Positions 25,501 through 38,300 of a stretch of 64,000 nucleotides of DNA are shown here, piece by piece. The translations under genes and the position numbers were made by a program. Within the stretch, counting starts at the first letter, position 1; each line of letters opens with the position of its first letter. Source of the stretch: Haliotis rufescens (lineage: Eukaryota); NCBI RefSeq assembly GCF_023055435.1, contig NW_025963864.1, positions 62,001 to 126,000 of the forward strand, given 5' to 3'. Under the pieces are notes generated by a model. That model worked only from the letters and a program-made list of their open reading frames with translations. It searched no databases and was not told the DNA's origin.

Positions 25501-28500
25501 CGTCGTCCTTCAGCTAGATTCCAGTCAGAAAGAGTTAAGTTACCTGGAATGTGCAACGTCGTCCTTCAGCTACATTCCAGACGGGAACAGTTTAGTTACC
25601 TGGAATGTGCATCGTCCTCCTTCAGCTACATTCCGGTCTGATACAGTTAAGTTACCTGGAATGTGCAACGTCGTCCTTCAGCTACATTCCAGTCGGGAAC
25701 AGTTTAGTTACCTGAAATGTGCATCAATGTTATTCAACTACATTCTAGTCGGGAAGAGTTTAGTTACCTGGAATGTGCAACGTCGTCCTTCAGCTACATT
25801 CCAGTCGGGAACAGTTTAGTAACCTGGAATGTGAAACGTCGTCCTTCAGCTAGATTCCAGTCAGAAAGAGTTTAGTTACCTGGAATGTGCAACGTCGTCC
25901 TTCAGCTACATTCCAGTCGGGAACAGTTTAGTTACCTGGAATGTGCAACGTCGTCCTTCAGCTAGATTCCAGTCAGAAAGAGTTTAGTTACCTGGAATAT
26001 GCAACGTCGTCCTTCAGCTACATTCCAGTCGGGAACAGTTTAGTTACCTGGAATGTGCAACGTCGTCCTTCAGCTAGATTCCAGTCAGAAAGAGTTAAGT
26101 TACCTGGAATGTGCAACGTCGTCCTTCAGCTACATTCCAGACGGGAACAGTTTAGTTACCTGGAATGTGCATCGTCCTCCTTCAGCTACATTCCGGTCTG
26201 ATACAGTTAAGTTACCTGGAATGTGCAACGTCGTCCTTCAGCTACATTCCAGTCGGGAACAGTTTAGTTACCTGAAATGTGCATCAATGTTATTCAACTA
26301 CATTCTAGTCGGGAAGAGTTTAGTTACCTGGAATGTGCAACGTCGTCCTTCAGCTACATTCCAGTCGGGAACAGTTTAGTAACCTGGAATGTGAAACGTC
26401 GTCCTTCAGCTAGATTCCAGTCAGAAAGACTTTAGTTACCTGGAATGTGCAACGTCGTCCTTCAGCTACATTCCAGTCGGGAACAGTTTAGTTACCTGAA
26501 ATGTGCATCAATGTTCTTCAACTACATTCTAGTCGGGAAGAGTTTAGTTACCTGGAATGTGCAACGTCGTCCTTCAGCTACATTCCAGTCGGGAACAGTT
26601 TAGTAACCTGGAATGTGCAACATCGTCCTTCAGCTAGATTCCAGTCAGAAAGAGTTAAGTTACCTGGAATGTGCATCGTCGTTCTTCAGCTAGATTCCAG
26701 TTGGGAAGAGTTTAGTTACCTGGAATGTGCATCGTCATTCTTCAACTACATTCTAGTCCGGAACAGTTTAGTAACTGGAATATGCATCGTCGTCCTTCAG
26801 CTAGATTCTAGTCGGGAACAATTTAGTTACCTGAAAATGTGCATCGTCGTCCTTTAGCTACACTCCAATCGGGAACAGTTTATTTACCTGGAATGTGCAT
26901 CGTCCTCCTTCAGCTTAATTCCAGTCGGAAACAGGTTTGTCACATGGAATGTGCATCTTCGTTCTTCAGCCACATTCCAGTAGAGAAAAGTTTAGTTACC
27001 TAGAATATGCATCGTCGTCCTTCAGCTAGATTCTAGTCGGGAGCAATTTAGTTACCTGAAAATGTGCATTGTCGTCCTTCAGTTACATTCCAATCGGGAA
27101 CAGTTTAGTTATCTGGAATGTGCATCGTCGTTCTTCTGCTATATTCTAGTTGGGAACCGTTACAATACCTTTGGTGTGCTTCGACATACTTCAGCTTTCT
27201 TCTGGCTGGGAACGGTTACAATACCATTGGTGTGCTTCGACAACCTTCATCTGTCTTCTTGCTGGGAACAGTTAAAATACCTTGGGTGTGCTTCGACATC
27301 CTGCAGCTACATTCTGGTTGGGAACAGTTAAAATACCTTGGGTGTGCTTCAGCTTCCTTCAGCTACATTCTAGCTGGGAACTGTTACAATACCTTTGGTG
27401 TGCTTCGCCATCCTTCTGCTACACTCGACCTGGGAACAGTTACAATACCCCAATTGCTCCTGTAATCATGATTGTACTATATGCCTGTGGCCTCCTCAGT
27501 ACGTTGAATAAAGAAAATGAATTGAACAGTTACAATACCTTGGGTGTGCTTCGCCGTCCTTCAGCTACATTCTGGCTGGGAACAGTTACAATACCTTGGG
27601 TGTGCTTCGGCTATCTTCAGCTACATTCCAGTAAGGAATCGGCAGAATACCTTAAAAGTACTTCGGTGTCCTTTCCCTAGTGTGATATCTTTCCCATTTT
27701 TCATTTCCATAGCAACGCTTCCACAGCTCCCTGTGATGTTTAACCACAAGTCAGCATCAGAATCAGAAAATCGTTTCCCTCCAGTCTTGACGCTTAGCTT
27801 GTAAGTTGCTGTTTTCTCTGTGTTTTGCGAAAAAAATCAGTACAACCTCATTGTGTGTCCTGCTGTCTGTGTTGGTGTGCTGGGTTTAGAAAGTATGCAT
27901 AGTGTCCTCCCTCATCACGTTTAAGAAATATGCGCGTGATATTAAACATCTATCTTTTCTGCAGCTTAACACAAAGAGCATGCATTGCTTCCGAAAGTGC
28001 ATGACCACATGATTTTTGAGAATATCGTTTGATGAAAGCGACATCTAAAGCTGCAAAAAGATTCATTCTGATATATTTTGAATTTTTGGGGTTCATGTTC
28101 AAAGCATAAATTTTAAACACTCACGCTTTCAGGAAACAATGTATATAAAATCTGCCATTCTCCTGGTTTGTGTTTCTTTGCTCTTTGGGACTACCCAGCA
28201 TGACTCAACACACAAACAATCCCATTTCTTATAATCGTTTCAATATTTATGTGTGAAAACAGCATTTCAGGAAACTTTAATCTCAAAATGTACCTTTAGA
28301 TGCTACAGTAGAATATACGGAGAGCTAATAATTTATGGATAATTTCCTAGCAGCCAACATATCAAATATACCAAGACAGATACTCACTTTGGCATTTCTT
28401 CTTGCACGTGAGTTTGTACGTCACGTGATTAGCTGTTCCATTGGTCCTTCCATTATCACAGACTTCACGAGTGTCTAGTGTAAAGAGGAAATAAGAGAAA

Positions 28501-31500
28501 ACATGACAGATGCACATTGAGTTCCGGGTAAACCTATACCCCCATGCATTTGTTGAAAGAGGCAGTCTGGTTCAGTACCACGCCTAATTTTTATTGTAAT
28601 TGTATCTGAAGCAGGACATTGCTGATAATATATATCAACGAATGGTTTATCTAATCTGCACTCGATTATTTTCAGGCCATCGTGATTATTGTCACATCAG
28701 TGGAGAAATTAAGTGTCTATATTCTGATGTTGCAAGTTGAAATGAAGAGCTGTTTGTTCACTATTGATATCCGAATAATTATATGTTCGACTCTATTCAG
28801 TGGATGGTTGAGTAGGTATCTACGCTTACACACCTTTAGATGATCTGATCTGTGCATGAATAGCTGTTTATTTCCCATCATTGATGTACTGTGATGTCTT
28901 CAGTTGGTTTAATATTGCCCCCAGGCGATATTGCCTTCAGCCTTCATGGCTTAAATTCGCCGTCAAACACCTGGCGAAATTCTTTATATCAAGGGCTTTT
29001 GAATTGCCATTATTAGAAAACACTTAGATGACATTTTGGTAAAGTTCACTATTAGTTTTTTATCGTCCCTGGACAAACCTACGCAACCAGAAGGAGAGTG
29101 GTGTGTCATCCATCCGCTCTGTTTGTTGTTGCGGTTGTTATTTTTCCTAATCGCTCAGTCGCTGAATGTGTTCACATCCCACCTGATTCTTTGACACGTG
29201 TTCTTGGATACAGTGCAATGTGCTCAGGTAGAGACAAATTTGTACTAAGTATTTTCCGCGGTGTCATCATCACTGACACCATATCAGCAGATATTTCCAG
29301 ATTATTTGGAGATTCGGGGCCCACCACAAAACCGAAATACCCTAAAGTCTGACTGCCAACTCCGTCAACATTTTTCACTCGACTGAAACTTTATTTGAAA
29401 ATAAACATGTGTTTGCGTTGAAGTTATACTGTTGCTATTTGTAGGATACTTTTGTTTCTGATCACAATGCTTTTTTGGTGCAAACAAAACAAGTAGTAAA
29501 GGTGTATATGAGCTAAAAAAGTAATTTCGATAGATTTCTGCATGTTCATTTAAAGTGGTGATTAAAACATTAACATTGTTAATAACGTTTAAGAACAACT
29601 TTTAGGAACAAAAATAACAGTTTTCAAACGTGTTTGTGTGCCAAAGCACACCATAAATTGGCGGTTACCATCCATCATCTGCACGTGGATGAGGTGGGGG
29701 CAGTCGAATTACATTTTTTGGAAAAAGTACAAAGAACTGAACATGAACATTCTGAGAACCATTGCAATGAAATTGACATGAACATGTCTTTGACATTTAT
29801 TTACCTTCTACTGTCAATGTTTAAATTTGAATTGACCATTTAAACACATAGCGTATATATGCGCTGAAAGTTTATTTATTAAACATGTTCAATTGTTCAC
29901 TTCGTTGTGTAAGTCGAATAGAAACTAGCGTCACGGTTGATCTGTGAAATATACACGCACCTCAAGCGGGTTAATTTCACATATCAAGCGTTGGTCGATT
30001 TCCTATTTAATACTTGTTGCACATTTTCCAATTATTGTAACTACACCTAAAATAGGGATAAGTTTACATGCATCAGCCAAGTCAGAGATCCTAACCACAC
30101 GATGCCGTTTGTAACCTCATATGGCAAGCAAGTCGCCTCTTGGTAGACACAATTTTATGGATAACAACTTCTTTTATACTGTAAAGGTGACGTTTCGATA
30201 TAGATCCTTATACCGTTGTCCACATTCGCCGCCACAAGCCATCAATCAACAGAGATCAAGGCTATTTCATCCCATCGCTTATCCTGTTTAATTGGCTTCA
30301 TGTCCCATTGGCTTCCACCTATGTGTTCTCTGTCCATCGTGTTGTGACAGTATTTTCCTTCTGCTGTCAAGACTTTCATATGTTATCCCACTCATGTATG
30401 CAATTTCTGTACCTCGACCTACTATATATATCCTGTACAGTGTCCCTCATTCAGTCTTACTTGACAACAGTATAAGGATCTATACTGAAACGTCGCTTTT
30501 TACAAATATAAACAAAGTTTTTAATCCATAAAATTGTGTCTACCTTGTCATCCGTCAACTTCTCAGTAATGCCTATCAAACAATTTAAGTCGCCTCTAAT
30601 GTGTTGTTGAAGACCTATTGACCTACACTTGCAATGGTGTGAATTACAGGTCATTCTCGTGATTGGTGGAACGTAGCAAGCAAGAAATTAAGTTCAAAGA
30701 TGTGTGGGTATAAAGGTCAATGTAGGAGATATCCCCGAAATATACTAGCCACATAAAGAAACTGTGCACGGAGAAAATATATTCTGGATTGAAATACAAC
30801 ACAGCAAGAACAAAATGATGCAGACGCTGTAGCAGCTGAATGATAGGACCATAAGAAAATGTCAACGGGACCTGAACAACATCTGTTACGATGACGTCAG
30901 CAGATCAAAATGGAGTAGGGGCTCAAACGACAAAGTCACAAAGTCAATAACGGGTATGACCACCCTGTGCGTGAATCACAGCAGTCCATTGGCGACGCAT
31001 GGAGTCCACAAAATGGGCATGGAAGGCCTTGGGAAAGGCCTGCCATATCCTCCTCAAATCCTGTGCCAAGTCACGGACGTTATGTGGAGGATGTGGAAGA
31101 CGACGCAGACGGCGCTCCATTTCATCCCACACATGCTCTATTGGGGAGAGATCTGGAGAATTTGCAGGCTATGGCAGTAACATGACATTGTTATGGTAAA
31201 GGAAATCCATTGCGACCCTAGCCGTGTGAGGACGAGCGTTGTCCTGTTGAAATGTCATTTCGGGCCATGACGTTGCAGAAAGGAATGACCACAGGCCTCA
31301 GAATCTGATCTCTGTAGCCAACACCGGTGAGATTGCCCTGAACAACCACCAAAGGGGTTCAGTGCTGTGCTGTTATCCCACCCCAAATCATCACAGAGCC
31401 AACTCCAAAACGATTCCTCTCCACAATACAGCTGCGTGCATAAGGGTCTCCCAAACGCCGGTAGACACGTTGGCGCCTGTCACTGTGGGAAATATTGAAC

Positions 31501-31767
31501 CTCAATTAATCTGTAAAGACAACATTTCTCCACCATATTCGAGGTTGGCGAACATGATTTCGACACCATCTTAGACGGTTGACGTGATGACGGTGTGTCA
31601 AGATGGGACGTATTGCAGGGCGTCGTGGTCGAATCCCGTACTGTCTTGTGACAGTGTTGGTATGGGTACGGCGCAGTCCAGGAACTGGGACGTCGTTACT
31701 GCCGTTTGGAACCTGTGTCGGAGATGTGTAACTCGAATCCAACCGCCTGTCTTGGCGTCGTCACTCG

Positions 31768-31832
<65 letters not shown>

Positions 31833-32308
31833 ACACACATGTCGCTGTATAAGTGCAATAATCTTGGGCGCGACGTTAAACCCATATTCACCTCACCTCC
31901 TTCGGAATGATTAATAAAGCTTGTTGGTACTGATCGTGATTATGCCACAATGTTTGCTGTATCGTACAAAACTGGATTATTATACCCAGAGAGATATCGT
32001 TCAAGTCGGCGGTTAAAACACGACGATAAGCTAAGGACCGAGCATAACTACTTACCGTCTTCATAGTAACGATCACATCGTTTGTTGTGTCTATTGTACA
32101 CAAAATACAAACAGTGGAAATCTGTGTGACAGGTCACAGCACATGAAACCAGGTTATTGTCAAGGACAGATAATAATGTTTTTGTTTTCTCTTCACTGTT
32201 CATATCCTGTTTGCTGCATTTATAGGACGTTTGATAAACACTGCTACGAACGTACACTGTCCAAAAGACGCAGATGCACCAAATACTCCTAACACCGAGA
32301 AGCTTCAT
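16523..32308 (-). CDS. Gene B: paralogous secreted PAN + PLAT protein, ~258 aa, 5 exons
   Basis: Exons 32308-32056, 28474-28388, 27817-27651, 18020-17934, 16705-16523; same phases and internal exon sizes (87/167/87) as gene A, total 777 nt. Motifs TYKLSVKTGGKRFSDSDADLWLNITG and NGWFVETVDL. Confidence 0.72.
19365..19532 (-). mobile_element. tRNA-derived SINE, family A (copies 35287-35458 -, 52103-52266 +, 53791-53918 - interrupted)
   Basis: Minus strand GGGTAGCCTAGTGGTTAAAGCGTTCG...GGTTTGATTCCC with (CACT)n tail. Confidence 0.75.
19590..20420. mobile_element. Inverted copy of the ~0.9-kb dispersed repeat
   Basis: Reverse complement of blocks in 4280-5150 and 47520-48430 (e.g. CACGGATCGAGTCGATAC). 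Confidence 0.65.
21470..22100 (+). pseudogene. Decayed Penelope-like element RT
   Basis: RQEVGITMGIYCAHLLADLFL and FRYIGDL match PLE RT motifs (Q..GIPMG..CAP.LA.LFL; RYIDD). Frameshifts and stops present. Confidence 0.7.
23176..23435 (+). mobile_element. tRNA-derived SINE, family B
   Basis: Collinear with 6290-6555. B-box GGTTCGAATCCC. Confidence 0.7.
23561..27650. repeat. 56-bp tandem satellite (~70 units) in gene B intron 3, with 560-bp higher-order repeats
   Basis: Unit GAATGTGCAACGTCGTCCTTCAGCTACATTCCAGTCGGGAACAGTTTAGTTACCTG. Identical ORF-track translations at 25381/25941 and 25493/26053 (offset 560). Confidence 0.95.
27450..27523 (+). mobile_element. Very short LINE-like 3' tail inserted in the satellite
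   Basis: Ends AATAAAGAAAATGAATT and is flanked by a duplicated GAACAGTTACAATACC. Confidence 0.45.
30142..30544. mobile_element. Penelope-like terminal repeat remnant: inverted ~80-bp repeats carrying a minimal hammerhead-like motif
   Basis: 30142-30220 is the imperfect reverse complement of 30463-30544. Motif TTGACAA-C-AGTATA-AGGATC-TATACT-GAAACGTC. Confidence 0.5.
30944..31770 (-). pseudogene. Tc1-family transposase remnant
   Basis: Minus-strand motifs WRNVVFTD, FQQDNARPHT, SPDLSPIEHVWDEMERRLR. Frameshifted. Confidence 0.85.
31771..31838. repeat. (CA)n microsatellite
   Basis: Direct reading. Confidence 0.98.
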
Positions 32309-34199
32309 CTCACACAGGATAAAGCATACAAACTGTGGGTGACTATCATGATCAGTGCAAATATCTTTAAGAACTAACTTCTATTCTCATAAATTCTGTA
32401 AATGTCACTGGTTAAAGGGATATTGATACTCATACCTATTTTCTGATTTGACTAAAGCGTTTAATGTTTTATAACCATACGATAGTGCTGTATGAGGAAT
32501 ACATATTTGGACTATGCTTTCCTTTATATATATATCCAAATATACGTTCCTTTTACAGCACTATTGCATGGTTAATAAACATTGATAATATGAGGAACAT
32601 ATACTTAGACTAGTCTTTCATTCATATATACATAGGAATGAAAGTATAGTGCAAATATAAGTTGCTCATCGCCCAGCAGAACTGTAAGAAACTGCATATT
32701 ATTCCGACAATATCACCATGTGGATTCTACGAAAATGTCAGGATAGTCTTTACTTTCTACAATCTCAGAAAATAACTAAGTTTTGTTTTGTCATAGCATT
32801 ACATTTTACACTATTCCACAAAACAAACTTAAGAAAAAAACACTGTCGAACAATTCTGTAATAAACGTGACAGGTACGTCAGAAGGCGACCAGTACAAGA
32901 TGTCAAACGTCAAGACCTACAGTGATGTCTTGTCAAGAAATTCCCGCTAAAGTAATCCGGCGTTTGGTGTAATCGGTACGGCGGTATCATTCTGCGATTC
33001 GTGCCTTACCAATGGTGTTTTGTAGCAGATGTGCCAATAATCTATAGATAACAATAGCAGCCATACATCTTGACCAATAAATGCTCCAGCCACTCGGCTG
33101 CCTCATTAACAACAGTTACTGCAAAGATGAATGCTATGTCCTACGTGATCTATCAGGATTACCTATATAACATACACACGGAAGAAAATGTGACGATTCT
33201 TGCATATTGTTATTTATTAATAGAAGCAAACTGACTGTCGAAATGAAGTATTTGATTTCTTTCTAAGGTAATAAGATACATTTTTTAATATAGTTTTTAT
33301 TCTGGTGATTTTATAAACAAGTTTTCTTTTAAGGTGAATATATAAAATGATTATTTTTATTGATCGTGCGCCGGTGCTCTTGGCATTTATTTATCCATAT
33401 TTTGTATTGCGATCGTTGACACTGATATGAATCTAGGAATCGCCCAAACAAATTTACGACGTCTTTTAGATTTATCATTCACAAGACTGATTTGTTGTTT
33501 GTTGTTTGTTTTCATCTTCTGTTGATATTTTACACTTTAATGGCTGTTTAATCAAGTGATATTTTGATGATAAGTGAATGAGGAGAGTTGATGTGTTAGT
33601 CTACCGTCATACTCCATATCCATATGTTACAACAGACATGTAAAATGATGGACTCTTGAACAGACAAACTAATGACTGAAAGCATGAGGAACAACCAACG
33701 ACGACGTCTGGATAAGGTGACGGACATCACCAAGACCTTGTAGTTGACTCTTCATGCAGACAAGTGTACCCATATTTTGCTGGAGTCGAATTCTACCAAA
33801 GCATCCCGACAACTACAGTGAAGTGGATAATTTCAGACGACAAGTCTGGCCTATTGTGTTGTTCCTCCAGCGAGTCAAAACTATTATAATCATGTTGATT
33901 GTTTTACTATTTCAGGTTTTTCTTTCACTGAATATTTGAGAACATTCTACATTTCCGTGTCATTAATTGTAATGAGAAAGTCATTGGCCCAGGTGAACAT
34001 AGCATGTTCTACAAGATAACGTCTCTGTGATACTTTTAATTTTAAGAAATTAAATTATTCTGAGCACGACAAGCAATCCTCAAATAACACGGACATTCAT
34101 GAATGTTTTAACCAAAAGTTCATGTTTCCCGATGAAGGTAATCATGAGTCTCAAATGGTGGTAACACGACACTTCCACGAACCTCAGCTTGGATTAACT

Positions 34200-34480
34200 C
34201 CATTGCTCACACACATCGACCAGGGATACCAGATGAACAGAGCAGCCTCCGCTTTGGTTGATGGATTTCACAAATGCGTCTGTCTCTTATCTTTTGCATT
34301 TTGACATAAATAAAATCGACACAATAATCAAAATGAAATCCGTGTCCATTGTTCGATCTGACTCCATCATCAGCATGTGTTAAGGAATCACCATCAATTA
34401 AAGATGCTACCAGGTGTTTGCGAATATGTAAACGTATCCTGCCCCATCGAGGGCACCCGCTACACACAAATATGGTCTAA
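34200..34480 (-). pseudogene. Possible PIF/Harbinger transposase remnant (heavily deleted)
   Basis: VAGALDG, PGS and GDS-like motifs in the expected order on the minus strand. Confidence 0.35.
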
Positions 34481-35286
34481 TTCTAAACATGTGGGCATCA
34501 CCCCTACATAATCGAGTCCAGACAAGACAAACCATTGGAAGAGCAACGGCCCCTGACAGACAGGTAACCAAGTCACCGAGCCAGATCATACCACCCAAAT
34601 AGTCGCCTCTCAGGGAGCGACCGTTTTACATTCTGCGGTTTGGGTTGTAGGGATGAGGGAGTATTTTGTTTTGAAACCAGATGTATTCTTTCTCGGGTGC
34701 AGCTTCAAAGCCATGTAGCTTTTGATTTAAAACTATGAGACAAAATATTTTTCTCTGAAACACACATTGTAGCAATGTCATTCCTGTAGCGGACATATTT
34801 TGTTCCCCATCAACATAAAGCCTAATTATTTTCGGGAACAATTGATTTTGTTCGATAAAATCCCGGCACACCTTCCACACCGGCAGTGACCACATGTACA
34901 AGTGATTGAACGATGATGTGTCATTCTGGTCTGCGCAGCATTCACATTTGCTGCACTGTTTGCCTTTATTGAAATATATATTTTATATACACTCGTCAAG
35001 AAAAGAGACACGCACAGGTAGATTTTTCGAATATATTTTGTACCTCGATATATTTAATTTAATATCATAGATACAAATATGCATCTTTGGAGGTCGATAG
35101 TCACATGTCGTTGAAAAATGGCATTGCAAACTGTTCATTGTCATGTGACATTAAGCCACAAGGTTGCCCTGAACTCAGTATCTCGTGTGAGCGCCCCGGG
35201 CAGCAATCACGGCCCTGTATCTCCTCACTGACTGGATTATTGCGGAATTCTGCGCCATTCTGCTTGTAACGCGTTGGTCATTTGAG

Positions 35287-35458
35287 AGTGAGTGAGTGAG
35301 TGAGTATTGTTTTACGCGACTTTAAGCAATATTCCAGCAATATCGCGGTGGAGGACACCATAAATGTGCTTCAGACATTGTACCCATGTTGGGAATCGAA
35401 CCCTGGTCTGCAGCGTGACGATCGAACGCTTTAACCACTAGGCTACCCAAACCGCCCC
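35287..35458 (-). mobile_element. tRNA-derived SINE, family A
   Basis: A-box TAGCCTAGTGG, B-box GGTTCGATTCC, (ACTC)n tail. Confidence 0.75.
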
Positions 35459-35459
35459 T

Positions 35460-36048
35460 GGCCAGTTATGGGAGTGTCTGCGGTGTTTTCTGACGTTGAC
35501 GTACACGTCGATCGATTTCATCCCAGAGATGTTTGATTAGGTTGAGATCTGGAGATCTCTACGACCAGGGCAAAGCGTTGACGTTGGCACTATGAAGGTA
35601 GTCTACCGTGACACGAGCTGTGTGCGGTGAAATATTGTCCTGTTGAAACAGCTCTCTCTGGCGGCCAAGGATAGGAAGAAGGTGAGTTTGAATTTGATTC
35701 ATTTAGTGATTTGCTGTCACAACCAAGTCAGTTCTCGTGGTGTAGGATATGCATGACAACTTATTGGCATATGCTTACCTTTTTATAGCAACTACCACGA
35801 GTTATGAATGCCATAACGTGCACGTGCATTTTGCTTTACTGTTTTCCTCCACGACATTTTTTAACAAGTATGAAAACAATGCACTTAATGACATTGCAAA
35901 TCTACAATGGCTGCGTTTTGACGCACCCTTTGTCGTACGTCTGGCCATTTTCCAATAACACAAAAATCGAATTTATATACCAGATTTGTGTGTAGTCAGG
36001 TTCAATGAACTACATACTACATGTGCGTTTCATTTTTTTTAAGAGTGT
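35460..36048 (-). pseudogene. Second, more decayed Tc1-like remnant
   Basis: FQQDN-like (TTGTCCTGTTGAAA) and PDL.LI..WDE-like blocks similar to 31120-31250. Ends in GAGTGTA. Confidence 0.5.
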
Positions 36049-37079
36049 ATATAACATTACTGTGACAAATATGTACCAACATTCTGACTAATATACCATA
36101 TGATGAACATGACAACTATATATCATACCACACATATGACAAATATATTTTAATCAATTAGCATCACAATTATATATATTGATATTGAAAATCACATTGT
36201 TCATAATACACATGACAAATCCATCTTATACCATCTTATACCATATACATATTGTAGATGCAAGATTTCCTAATGTTTGAAAGTATGAACTGTTAGTGAA
36301 ATGACATGAAAACAAGTTAAAATTGTTACAATTCAGTTAACTTATTATTCATGGTGGTCCAATGACTAAGACACTTTATTATTACACTAATGTTCTAAAG
36401 TTCAATTTCCACGTAATATTTATCAATTCTAAGATACATGTATACAATGTTTACATGTTCTCAGTAACTTTCCACTACCTCGTGACCTTAACCTTCATGT
36501 GCAATGTCAAAGCTCACAGGTCATGTCGCGACCTCTTCAAAGCTCATGCATTTTGAAGCACATGCTCACCAGTGTGTATTGGACCTCCATGCTGCCATGT
36601 TCTCACCCTACTGCCTGCTATATTTGAACTATGTAGAGACACATGTGAGTACCTTTCCCTTTCATTGTTAGGTTTTATGTTTATTTCTGAACACCCTGAA
36701 ATTGTATATATGCCAAAATATTAATTTAGTGCAAAATTGTTTAGATATTTCACACAACTGTTACATTGTATTTGCAAATGTGTGCTTGGTAATTTTGCAT
36801 AATTTCAATGTAGTCAATGTATTTATTGCTTCATTTGGATGTAATTTCGAATGAGTTAAATACTAGGAAAATTTGTAGATGTTTCTGAATTTAAAGAAAA
36901 CTATTGTTTATTGTAGTTTTCTGAACCTCATCAACTTGTCGGCGCCTCAACGTGTCACCAACTTGTCACCAATTGTTCCTAAAGCCATGGCTCTGACTAT
37001 AACTGTATTATGTTTAACGTCAGAAAATAAACCCTGTTGATGCGAGTGTTAGTTTTGTCGTCTTGCATCCACACACATA

Positions 37080-37565
37080 TTATACCATATACATCTTATA
37101 CCATATACATCTTATACCATATACATCTTACACGATATACATCTTACACGATATACATCTTATACCATATACATCTTATACCATATACATTTTATACCAT
37201 ATACATCTCATACCATATACATCTTATACCATATACATCATATACCATATACATCTTATGTCATATACATCTTATACCATAAACATCTTATACCATATAC
37301 ATCTTATACCATATACATCATATACCATATACATCATATACCATATACATCTTATGTCATATACATCTTATACCATATACATCTTACACGATATACATCT
37401 TATACCATATACATCTTATGTCATATACATCTTATACCATATACATCTTATACCATATACATCTTATACCATATACATCATATACCATATACATCTTATG
37501 TCATATACATCTTATGTCATATACATCTTATACCATATACATCTTATACCATATACATCTTATAC
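37080..37565. repeat. 16-bp minisatellite (CCATATACATCTTATA)n
   Basis: About 30 units read directly. Confidence 0.95.
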
Positions 37566-37799
37566 GAACCCTCATAACTACATCTATTAAAACACATATT
37601 ATACAAATGCATGACAATTTTTTTTTATAAAATACACATGATAAATACTTTTTATATAATGAATGATAAATGCACACAATACATGACAAATATCTTATAC
37701 AGACCATGACAAACATATTGTGTACAAATCAAATGTATTCATGTCCTGTGCACTTAATTAAGTGTATGTGTTTGGTTTTTTTCTAGATTAGGTGCGCTA

Positions 37800-38300
37800 C
37801 AAAAACATTATTGAAGTAAATTGTCAATTAAACACTATTCCTAATGCTCTCACATTTCCTTGGTCGAAATCATTTTCCACAAATTGTATATTTCTGAAGA
37901 AGCTGAACATCTACACGCCATGTCCGGTTGCCATACCTGCTACAAGGGGCGGCCGACTTGTATAGAGCCTAACTGATGGACAACATTATTGCTGCAGTGG
38001 GTTGTTAACTTGTTTCACTGCAATACCTTTCCACACACTTCTGCCAACAATGCTGGAATATGTGGATCCAACTTATGTGCAGAATCCTTCCTCATTGCGT
38101 TATGAAACGTGGTCCACAGCAGAAATGACGTCAAACTCATTTGTATAATGCTTGTCAGACCGTTCCTTCTTCAAGTTTATGAAGAGGTGGAACTCTGATG
38201 GTGCAGAATCGGGGGAGTACGAAGGATGTTACATGACTTCCATCCCACAGTCAGACGGACACCGTGTCCGCAAGGATGGTTGTTGCCCGATTGTTTGGAG
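37800..38300 (-). pseudogene. Mariner-like transposase remnant
   Basis: Minus strand HPSYSPDSAPSEFHLF matches the mariner YSPDLAP.D motif. Confidence 0.55.

Noticed and set aside
23561-27650. CRISPR-like or coding interpretation of the 56-bp array and its many ORFs
   Set aside because: No unique spacers, no cas genes, eukaryotic context. The ORFs are by-products of a period not divisible by 3.
35287-35458. tRNA genes at the A/B-box-containing repeats
   Set aside because: They continue into shared non-tRNA bodies and simple-repeat tails, so they are SINEs.
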